Shown here piece by piece: positions 39,202 to 50,470 of a stretch of DNA of 64,000 bases; within the stretch, counting starts at the first letter, position 1, and each line of letters starts with the position of its first letter. The DNA is taken from contig OX597829.1 in NCBI GenBank assembly GCA_951406725.2, forward strand, positions 16,492,001 through 16,556,000. The letters run 5' to 3'. The stretch is from Octopus vulgaris. Its lineage: Eukaryota. A model generated the notes under the pieces. It had not been told where the DNA came from and made no database searches. It worked only from the letters and a program-made list of their open reading frames with translations. The position numbers and the translations under genes are program-made.

Positions 39202-40599
39202 TATATATATACATATATACATCTTATCTTTTACCTGCACTTTACCCCTCTCGCTGGTAACAAATTACAGATGATAGCAGGATAGCCTTCTACTCTATAG
39301 GTATTTATTTGTGTGTACAAGCTCTTCCTTTTCTCTCTCTCTCTCTCCCTTTCACACACACCACACACAGACACACACCACACACACTCACAAGCACACA
39401 CACATGCACACACAGACATAAGTAAACAGATATATATATGTGTATATATGTATATATATATATATGTGTGTGTGTGCATAACATGTGTATATTTATATAA
39501 ATATATATATATATGCACATACATATACATTTGATCATATATGTGTGTGTTTAAGTATGTGTATATGCATGTATGTGTCTGTATGTATATATATGTGTGT
39601 GTGTGTGTGTGTGTGCATGTATATATATATATATATATATGCACACACATATGCACCAATATACCTGTATGTATGGGTGTATGTGTATGTACATATGTAT
39701 ACATGTGCGCATGTATGAGCATGAATGTGACGTGGGTGGGGGGATGAGAATGTAGGTGTTTTGGGGTGGATGAAAAAATATCGCTAAGCCACCTCCACCA
39801 CCTCCACCACCACCAACAATAACAACAACAACAACAATAACCGCAACACCAATAACAACAGCACTGTCCTCCACCACCTCCACCACCACCACCACCATCA
39901 CAACCATCATTACCTTCACCGGAAGAAGTTTCGTTTAGAAGGTAGGTAAGACAACATATTCAGTCCTTTAGCATTCAGATTTCGCTATATCAAATGTATT
40001 GCTTATTTATTCACATTGTTTTGAATTAATCATGGATTATCTTTCATAGCTTCAAGATTTTCATGATGAGATTGTTTATTTTTAAGAATGACATTTTAGG
40101 ATAGGTGTGAGAAGCTAGATCTGTCCAGCCTCAACTTAAAAAAAAAAGGGCTGAATACTTGGCCTTATAGGGCCAGCTTAAATGATATTAGGGTTGGGCA
40201 GGGAGAAAGATTTTTTGGTGGGGCGGGGTTGAATGAGAGTATTATATAGTGTTTTCAATAGAGAATTAGGAATTTATGTCTGTGATTCATGATTGAGAAG
40301 GGAGCAAACCCCTTTTCCTTGGGTGTAGTGTATTGTTGATAGTAAGAAATTATAGGGAGAGCTGAACAGCAGAGGGTCTTCAGAGAAGTCTCACCACATG
40401 CTAGTGCTTCAGCCCTTAACTCCATAAACTTTGAGGGAGCTGGGCCACATTCAGGTCACACTACCTGGATAGCCCTCTACTTCCACAGTCTGTGCCTTTG
40501 TCTACAATGTAACTCTCTTGAATGACTAAGGTGTCCCAGGGTCCAAGGTACTTCAGGTGTTGCAACTAGTTCAACCAAAGATGCCAACTGATTGCATGG

Positions 40600-41700
40600 T
40601 AAATGATGCTTATTGAAACTCTTTGGGATCTCCTCCATTCTGATGACCTTGTCCTTGTAGCTGAATCATTGTCAGAACTGGTGAAGAAATTTCAGGTGTG
40701 GAAGTAAGGTCTGGAATTGAAGGGCCTTTGAATTGATTTAGCAAAGGCCAAAGTTAGTTTCGGGAGGAAAATAGACAAATTATTAATCCCTTTAAAGATA
40801 TGGCCCTGCTCAATACATAGAAAATGTGTAGGTAGAAATTCCATATGGTGTACCCAGTACAAGCTATGAATACATAAGAGGTGCAGCAGTATCACAGGAA
40901 GGTTAATAAAGGTGGCAAGCTGGCAGAACCATTAGCACGCCGGGTGAAATGCGTAGCCGTATTTCATCTGCCATTATGTTCTGAGCTCAAATTCCGCCAA
41001 GGTCGACTTTGCCTTTCATCCTTTCGAGGTCGATAAATTAAGTACCAGTTATGCACTGGGGTTGATGTAATCTACTTAAATCCGTTTGTCCGTCCTTGTT
41101 TGTCCTCTCTGTGTTTAGCCCTTTGTGGATAGTAAAGAAATAGGTTAATAGAGAAAGTGGTCCTTACGTGTGGCAGATGTTGTGGGTACTGTAAACATTA
41201 AGAATGTGCAGAAAACAGATTTCTTCAGCATCCACGAAGGTGGCAACAGAGGAGGATGCTCTGAAAGTGTAGCTGCTAGAATAATAACTGTTTAGGAAAA
41301 GTTCAGTGCTGTTGCCTTTGTTGGTAACAAAGGGCCTCTCCCTCAGAATGAAAGGCAAATTGTATGGTTCCTGTGTTCAGACAGCTATGCTACATGGCAG
41401 CAAAACATGGACTGTGACTGCAGAGAACATGTGAAAGCTTGAAAGAAATGAAGCTAGCATGCTCCACTGGATAGGTAAAGTCAACAGAGCGTAAATGATT
41501 TAAGAGGAAAATTAGGTATAAGAGGCATTGGTTGTGTATGCATAAAAAAGTGCTAATCTCTGATTGTGGAAGGAACCTGTGGAATGGTTATACCCAAGAA
41601 GTGAGATGAAGTGGTGAGAAAGGATCTTCAAATGTTGATCCTCACAGACGAGATGATAAGAGAGCAAGATCTCTTGTGATTTGCTTATGAAATGAAGTAA
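40600..41700 (+). mobile_element. Degenerate RTE LINE ORF fragment, interrupted by SINE B (40909-41141, TSD AGGTTAATA)
   Basis: LLHSDDLVLVAES, WPCSI..GRNSIWC..IHKRCS, KGLSLRMKGKLYGSCVQTAMLHGSKTW. Confidence 0.82.
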
Positions 41701-41746
41701 AACCATAATCATCCATGCATACAGACATGTCCTTTATGACCATACC

Positions 41747-41977
41747 TATTTCTTTACTACCCACAAGGGGCTAAACACAGAGGGGACAAACAAGGACAGA
41801 CAAACGGATTAAGTCGATTACATCGACCCCAGTGCGTAACTGGTACTTATTTAATCGACCCTGAAAGGATGAACGGCAAAGTCGACCTTCACGGAATTTG
41901 AACTCAAGACGTAACAGCAGACGAAATACGGTTACACATTTCACCCAGCGTGCTAACGTTTCTGCCAACTCACCGCC
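41747..41977 (-). mobile_element. Full-length SINE family B with 14-bp TSD
   Basis: TTTATGACCATACC at 41733-41746 and 41978-41991. Confidence 0.92.
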
Positions 41978-42354
41978 TTTATGACCATACCGCCCACCCA
42001 CATGCACACACACACACACAAAATCTGTTCTCTGTCAAATTATCCCTATAATCCATCTCTCCAACATCCCACACGATCACTGCCCACTGCAGGCACCCCA
42101 CACTATCCTTTGTGTGCCTATCCTCTGCATGTTCCAATATATCCTCCACTCCATTTCCTCTCACCATCACTCACTATAGTAACATCTTCCCCATCTCTAA
42201 ATATTTCTTCAGACTCTTAAGGAACATCCACATCCACTTGGTACTACTTATACCCCTCCACCACTGTTCCCTTCTGATGGGTCCTGATACATCCCCAACA
42301 CCATCTAGTTCTCTTTCACTTTAACTGTCTCACTGTCTTTTTCTACCTCTCTGG

Positions 42355-42692
42355 ACCCCTGCCTTCCCTTCTCTGTCCCCTGCTTCCCATCTCTGTCCCC
42401 TGCTTTCCCTTCTCTGTCCCTTGCTTTCCCTTCTCTGTCCCCTGCCTTCCCTTCTCTGTCCCCTGCCTTCCCTTCTCTGTCCCCTGCCTTCCTTTCTCTG
42501 TCCCCTGCCTTCCCTTCTCTGTCCCCTGCTTTCCCTTCTCTGTCCCCTGCCTTCCTTTCTCTGTCCCCTGCCTTCCCTTCTCTGTCCCCTGCTTTCTCTT
42601 CTCTGTCCCCTGTCTTCCCTTATTTGTCCCCTGCTTTCCCTTCTCTGTCCCCTGCCTTCCCTTCTCTGTCCCCTGCCTTCCCTTCTCTGTCC
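42355..42692 (+). repeat. 21-bp pyrimidine-rich minisatellite CCCTGCYTTCCCTTCTCTGTC, ~16 units
   Basis: Direct periodicity. Confidence 0.95.
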
Positions 42693-43143
42693 TACAGACG
42701 TAACCAAGTATCCCCCTTTATAGTAAGACAACTATCTCCATCCTAATAAACCCTAACCTCTCACCTGGCTTGCATCCACTTCCTTCGGTTCCACTCCCTC
42801 TCAGGTATTGCAAGCTATTTAGCAACACTGCTGGTACCACATAAAAAAAGTACCCGTTCTGGTTGGTGCCATATGAAGAGAACCCAGTACACTCTGTGAA
42901 AATGATTGGCATAAGGAAGAGCATAGAGCTGTAGAAACCATGCTAAAAAGGACAAATGGAACATGGACAGTTCTCTAACTGGCCAATTCATATCAAACCA
43001 TTCAAACCACGATGATGATGATGATGATGATGATGCATGTCTATTTATCAATCTATCTATCTATCTATCTATCTGTTTGTCTATCTATCTATGTCTGTCT
43101 GTCTCTATCTCTCTATCTATCTCTCTTTCTATCTATCTTTCTA

Positions 43144-43185
<42 letters not shown>

Positions 43186-44486
43186 CGAGGGGCGTTCAAT
43201 AAGTAATGCCCCTGACCCACTTCCCATAGCAGTAGAGCAACGAAACTTGGCACAGTTATTAGTCTTTTTCTACATAAGAAGCACCTAGAGTTACACATTT
43301 CTCCCATCATTTGATGCAGCTCTGGAGACCATTTTTGTAGAAGACCCCAGCTTGGTCCTCCAACCACGATGTGACTTCAGAAATCAAGGCTGCATCATCT
43401 GGGAAACGCTTTCCTTTCAAAAACAACTTCATGGCTGTGAAGAGGTGAAAATCAGAGGGTGCAAGGTCAGGAGAGTAGGGGGGATGGGGGAGGATTTCAT
43501 AGCCGCACGCCTGTGCTTCTGATCTGGCGACACGCGAGTTGTGGACCGGAGCGTTATCCTGCAGGAGGAGGATGCCTTTGCTGATCTTGCCCCGCCTCTT
43601 GATTTTGATAGCTTCTCTTAATTTCCTCAAAAGTGAAGCATAATAGGCTTCTGTAATTGTGGTACCCTTTGCCAAGAAATCTGTCATCACTACTCCATCC
43701 TGGTCCCAGAAGTTGTGAGTATGACCTTGCCAGCGAAGGGCTGCACCCTTGCCTTCTTTGGAGGAGGTGAGTCACGGTGCTTCCACTGCATTGACTGGTC
43801 TCTGGTCTCTGGTCTCTGGATCATAGTGATGGACCCAGGTTTCATCCTGTGTAATCAGTCCTTTGAAAAATTTTGACTCATTTTCCTGGCACCTCTCCAA
43901 ATTCATCCTTTAGCACTCGACGCGTTCATGCTTCTGGAAAGGTGTGAGCAGCCTGGGAATCCATCTGGCAGACACCTTTTGCATATGCAAATGGTCATGA
44001 ATGATAGTTTCCACAGACCCGGTACTAATCTTGACCTCAGGGGCTATTTGGCAAATAGTTATGCGTCGATCTTCCAAAATGGCAGCCTCAAATTGATGGA
44101 CAGATGCCTCATCAATGGCAGAAGGTGGGGGGCACCAGATCTGGGAGCTGTTTCCACAGAGTTCGGACCATGTTTGAATTCATGATGCCAGCGTTTTACA
44201 AGATCATATGATGGGGCATCATCATCATAAGTTACTTTCATTTCATCAAAAGTCTCCCGTGGTGTGCGTCCTTTCAAACACAAAAACCGGATCACTGCTC
44301 GACACTCAACAGGCTCCATTTCACACTTGACTCGGTTCAAACACCTGTAAATCAGAAATCACAATTAATTCATAGCTGTAATTTGCCACTTACTCTATAG
44401 AGATATAAATGATTGCACATACAAAATTTCAGCAAGATCAAACAACTGCAAGTGGGTCAGAGACATTACTTATTGAACGTCCCTCA
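43186..44486 (-). mobile_element. Full-length mariner element (irritans-like), ~1.3 kb
   Basis: TIRs CGAGGGGCGTTCAATAAGTAATG / CATTACTTATTGAACGTCCCTCA, with TA flanks. Confidence 0.95.
43259..44340 (-). pseudogene. mariner DD34D transposase, frameshifted
   Basis: RAVIRFLCLKG HTH, ITQDETWVHHYD, LLQDNAPVH, HPPYSPDLAPSDFHLF. Confidence 0.93.
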
Positions 44487-44558
44487 TATATATATATATA
44501 TATATATATCTGTCTGTCTGTCTATATCTATCTATCTATCTGTCTCTCTCTCTCTCTT

Positions 44559-44596
<38 letters not shown>

Positions 44597-44954
44597 CATA
44601 TATCCATCCATCCATTAATATACATTGTTTTGTCCCAAAACAAATGAAAGGGGAAAAATATCCCATTAAATTTAAAAGGAATCTGGACAAATTTTTTGAA
44701 GGGATATGAAATAAGCCACCTATACTTGGATACAACTCTCTCAACAAGAACTCAAGAACTTCCTACTTGAATGGGTCATGAATGGGCCACAAAGCTTGAC
44801 TTAAAAAGGATTTTGCAAATCCTGTCAGGAGGTGCTATTAAGTTAGATATGGCCTGGTCCAATCTTTGTTTGAAACATATCTAAGTTTGATTGCCAAATC
44901 CACTATCAAGGTTATAAGTGAAGACACTTCCCAAGGTGCCACACATTGGGACTG

Positions 44955-45267
44955 TGGAGGCACATGGCCTAGTGGTTAGAGAAGCGGACTCGTGGTCGAG
45001 GGATCGTGGGTTCGAATCTCAGACGGGGTGATGTGTGTGTTTATGAGCGAAAACACCTAAGCTCCACGCGGCTCCGGCAGAAGGTAATGGCGAACTTCTG
45101 CTGACTCTTTCGCCACAACTTTCTCTCACTCTTTCCTCCTGCATCTTGCAGCTCACCTGCGACGGTCCGGCGTCCTGTCCAAGTGGGGAACCTATACGCC
45201 AAGAAACCAGGAAACCGGCCCTTATGAGCCAGGCATGGCTCGAGAAGGAACAAACAGCAGCAAAACA
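44955..45267 (+). mobile_element. SINE family C1 inserted in a family A SINE
   Basis: TSD ACATTGGGACTG at 44943-44954 and 45268-45279. Confidence 0.92.
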
Positions 45268-45649
45268 ACATTGGGACTGAATCCAGAACAATGTGCTTGA
45301 AAAGTAAACTTCTTAACATGTACAACTGCAACATAAAATCACGTAAAAAATGTGTCTAAAATATTTTACCTCGTTCCACGACCATGATGTAAAATTCTGA
45401 AATAAAAGATAAGAACCATCGAAAGGTACCATGAAAAGCTTGAACACACGTAACAACATGAGCACCTTGAATTCATTAAAGATTTTAACATTTGATATGC
45501 TATGACGAAACATGTACGCGTTATCTTAGAATGATCCTTCCTCAATGTTTATCGGTAAATTTAGAGGAAATTTATCACACATCACACATTACTGAAATAA
45601 AACACTGCACCAACACTAACATACACAACACCAAAACAACAAAACACTA

Positions 45650-47965
45650 CAACAACACTACCATACACCACACCAAACCTACCATACACCACACCAACAC
45701 TACCATACACCACACCAACACTACCATACACCACACCAACACTACCATACACCACACCACACCAACACTACCATACACACACCAACACCACCATACACCA
45801 CACCAACACTACCATACACCACACCAACACCACCATACACCATACCAACACTACCATACACCACACCAACACTACATACACCACACCAACACTACCATAC
45901 ACCACACCAACACCACCATACACCACACCAACACTACCATACACCACACCAACACTACCATACACCACACCAACACTACCATACACCACACCAACACTAC
46001 CATACACCACACCAACACTACCATACACCACACCAACACTACCATACACCACACCAACACTACCATACACCACACCAACACTACCATACACCACACCAAC
46101 ACTACCATACACCAAACCAACACTACCATACACAACACCAACACTACCATACACCATACCAACACTACCATACACCACAGCAACACTACCATACACCAAA
46201 CCAACACTACTTTACACCACACATTACACCAACACTACCATACACCACACCAACACTACCATACACCACACCAACACTACCATACACAACACCAACACTA
46301 CCATACACCATACCAACACTACCATACACCACACCAACACTACCATACACCACACCAACACTACCATACACCACACCAACACTACCATACAACACACCAA
46401 CACTACTATACACCACACCAACACTACCATACACCACACCAACACTACCATACAACACACCAACACTACCATACACCACACCAACACTACCATACACACA
46501 CCTACACTACCATACACACACCTACACTACCATACACCACACCAACACTACCATACACCACACCAACACTACCATACAACACACCAACACTACTATACAC
46601 CACACCAACACTACCATACACCACACCAACACTACCATACAACACACCAACACTACCTATACACCACACCAACACTACCATACACCACACCAACACTACC
46701 ATACAACACACCAACACTACTATACACCACACCAACACTACCATACACCACACCAACACTACCATACAACACACCAACACTACCATACACCACACCAACA
46801 CTACCATACACCACACCAACACTACCATACAACACACCAACACTACTATACACCACACCAACACTACCATACACCACACTACCATACAACACACCAACAC
46901 TACCATACACCACACCAACACTACCATACACCACACCAACACTACCATACACCACACCAACACTACCATACAACACACCAACACTACCATACACCACACC
47001 AACACTACCATACACCACACCAACACTACCATACACCAAACCAACACTACTATACACCACACCAACACTACCATACACCACACCAACACTACCATACAAC
47101 ACACCAACACTACTATACACCACACCAACACTACCATACACCACACCAACACTACCATACACCACACCAACACTACCATACACCACACCAACACTACCAT
47201 ACACCACACCAACACTACCATACAACACACCAACACTACCATACACCACACCAACACTACCATACACACACCAACACTACCATACACCACACCAACACTA
47301 CCATACACACACCAACACTACCATACACCACACCAACACTACCATACACCACACCAACACTACCATACACCAAACCAACACTACTATACACCACACCAAC
47401 ACTACCATACAACACACCAACACTACCATACAACACACCAACACTACTATACACCACACCAACACTACCATACACCACACCAACACTACCATACACCACA
47501 CCAACACTACTATACACCACACCAACACTACCATACACCACACCAACACTACCATACACCACACCAACACTACCATACACCACACCAACACTACCATACA
47601 CCAAACCAACACTACTATACACCACACTAATACTACCATACACCACACCAACACTACCATACAACACACCAACACTACTATACACCACACCAACACTACC
47701 ATACAACACACCAACACTACCATACAACACACCAACACTACTATACACCACACCAACACTACCATACACCACACCACCACTAACATACACCACACCAACA
47801 CTACCATACACCACACTAACACTACCATATGCTACACCAACACTACCATACACCACAGCAACTCTACCATACACCACACCAACACTACCATACACCACAC
47901 CAACACTACCATACACAACACCAACACTACCATACACCACACCAATGCAACTATACACTACACCA
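45650..47965 (+). repeat. 21-bp minisatellite CACCACACCAACACTACCATA, ~110 units
   Basis: Direct periodicity, nearly G-free strand. Source of the HHTNTTI ORFs. Confidence 0.98.
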
Positions 47966-47969
47966 ATAC

Positions 47970-48014
<45 letters not shown>

Positions 48015-48393
48015 TACATATGTATTTATGTGTGTGTATGTCTTTGTGTCTGTGTTTGTCCATGCATCACTGCTTGACAACCGGTGTTGTTGTGTTTATG
48101 TCCTTGTTGTTTAGTGGTTCTGCAATAAAAAACACCCGATAGAATAAGTACTAGGCTTAAGAAATAAGTCCTGGGGTTGATTGGTTTTAACTAAAATTCC
48201 TCAATGTCTTGCTCCAGCATGGCTGCAGTCAAGTGACTGAAACAAGTAAATGAATAAATGAATATATATGCATATATATGTATAAATGCATGTACAAATA
48301 TATATATATATATTTATATGTATTTGTAAATATGTATATATTGATTGCCAGCCACTAAACCTTTTTTTATTTTCACTCTCTGCTTATTTGTGT

Positions 48394-48432
48394 TCCTTTC
48401 TGCTGAAGAGCATAGGCTCGAAAAGTAAAAGA
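48394..48432 (+). ncRNA. Degenerate minimal hammerhead-like motif
   Basis: CUUU-CUGCUGA-A-GAGC-AUAG-GCUC-GAAA-A-GUA-AAAG. Stems I and II pair, but the core has an A6C change. Confidence 0.4.
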
Positions 48433-48768
48433 CTTTTTTATTTCCTGATTGTTAAACTAATGCATCTGTTTGTTGTTTACACACCTGTCTTCGTTGTTTG
48501 TTTTGTTAGTTTTTTTGTAAATTCCAACTATATATTATTTATATGTGTGTACATGTATGTAAATATATATATATATATCTATTTATAATGTTGGCAAATG
48601 AAATAAGTATAAGAATGTGTATTGTCCGTTTAATTAAAAAATTCTATAAGTGGCGGAAGATTGCTCGACATTTTAAAATTGATGTAATACTTACATTGTT
48701 TAATAAAATGAAGTACCATGAAACAATTGTACTACACTACCTTGGATATCCTTGTTGCTTATTTTGAG

Positions 48769-48800
<32 letters not shown>

Positions 48801-48821
48801 TATGTAGATATATGTATGTAT

Positions 48822-49380
48822 AAGCAAAAATGCTAGTTTTAAAACCTCTCTAAGAGATCAATGCAGCAGTTGCACTAAGAAGTTATGTTCAGAGCCACTT
48901 CAACATGGCTATCTGTTTGAATAGACTTCACTGTGAAGCAACATCTCCTCTAGTGAGTTAACAATGCACTGTCCATTCAAACGGAGAGCCATGTAGAAGT
49001 GGCCACGAACATTACTTGTTAGTACAAATACTGCATTGATTTCTCACAAATATTATAGAACTGGCATTTTTGTTTGTTGCAAAACCAGTGACTGTATGTC
49101 ACTAGAAATTATATACATTGTGAGCAGAAGCGAGCTACTGACATCTCTAGCAGACAAGATGTCCAGTACTGAAGACAGGCAGAAGCAGCCCGAAAACAGG
49201 CTGGTCTACTGGTCCTCTTGCTAAAATGTAATAGTGGTTCATTCCCCTGCTCACAATATATTGGAGGCTGTGTGTATTGTTAACCAGCTAGAAGAGATGT
49301 CGTCTTTGGGTTAAAAAATCGTAGTGTAGTTTGTTCGAACAGCCAGCCATGTTGAAGGGCTATGAACATTACTTGCTTGT
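48822..49380. mobile_element. Hammerhead-containing ~360-nt repeat, inverted pair, locus 2
   Basis: Minus partial copy 48822-48969. Plus copy 48970-49380 has terminal redundancy (GCCATGT at 48988 and 49346, period 358). Confidence 0.75.
49148..49223 (+). ncRNA. Type I hammerhead ribozyme
   Basis: CCAGUA-CUGAAGA-CAGGCAGAAGCAGCCC-GAAA-ACAGGCUG-GUC-UACUGG. Confidence 0.75.
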
Positions 49381-49538
49381 ATGTATATATATATTTATAG
49401 AAATATATATGTCTATACATGTATGTATACATGTCTATCTATCTGTCTATCTATCTGCCTGTCTGTCTCTCTCTGTCTCTCTTTCTCTCTCTCTCTCTAT
49501 CTTCTATCTATCTATCTATCTATCTATCTCTCTCTCTC

Positions 49539-49587
<49 letters not shown>

Positions 49588-50108
49588 GCATGTACATTAT
49601 GTATGTGTACATGTATATATCTATATAAGAGGATGTGAAAGTGAGAGAGAAAGAGAGAGAGAGAAAGTGAAAGATGTGGGGAAGGAGGAACAGAGAAATA
49701 GAAGAGAGGAACGGTAGGATAAAGTTGACAGCATGTTTGTGTGTGTGTATGTGTGTGTGTGTGCATGCATGTGTATGTGTATGCATATGTCTGTGTATGT
49801 GAGATGCTTATTATTTAAGTTTATAGCTATCCTTCACCATCACCCATCAACTAAAAGCCTTCAAGTTGGTGCTCCAGCTTGGCCACAGTTCAATGTCTGA
49901 AACAAGTAAAAGGTAAAGGATAGAAATAAGTCCTTGTGGGGTTGATTTATTTAACTAAACCACTTCAAGGTATAACCCCCAGCCAGCATGGCTGCAGTCC
50001 AATGACTGAAGCAAGCTTTAAAAGAATATTCTATGGGCCACAGATATTTCTAGCACTTTCTATATTTATCCAAGTTTTATTTCTGCCTGGAACCAAAGTA
50101 GGAAAACA

Positions 50109-50176
50109 ATGTACCTGAGACGCCCATCAATGCTGAAATTCCTGCTGCTCACCATTGTTCTTTTATCTCCAGACAA
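50109..50176 (+). CDS. Candidate first coding exon encoding a signal peptide (MYLRRPSMLKFLLLTIVLLSPD)
   Basis: AAACA-ATG context, basic N-region with hydrophobic core, GTGAGT donor at 50177, in non-repetitive sequence. No downstream exon identified. Confidence 0.4.
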
Positions 50177-50257
50177 GTGAGTTTTCTTTTTTTATTAATT
50201 AAGGTTTGCTGATTCTGTGAGGCTTTCATCTTACTTGTTCACAGTCATTTGCTGTTT

Positions 50258-50470
50258 CTCATCCTCTCACCAATTGATGTCTCTCACCCTCTCTCCAGTT
50301 CCTCTTCCTCACCCTCTCACCAAATAATATTCCTCATCTTCTCACCAATTGATGTCTCTCATCCTCTCTCCAGTTCCTCTTCCTCATCCTCTCACCAAAT
50401 AATATCCCTCATCCTCTCCCCAATTGATGTTCCTCACCCTCTCTCCTGTTCCTCTTCCTCATCCTCTCTC
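50258..50470 (+). repeat. 75-bp tandem repeat, ~3 units
   Basis: CAATTGATGT at 50271, 50346 and 50421. Confidence 0.9.

Noticed and set aside
44955-45030. tRNA gene
   Set aside because: A and B boxes are present, but this is a SINE head with a body, tail and TSD.
45492-48063. 712-aa His/Thr-rich ORF and antisense ORFs
   Set aside because: Translation of a 21-bp minisatellite. Frequent 2-bp deletions shift the frame, so there is no coding constraint.
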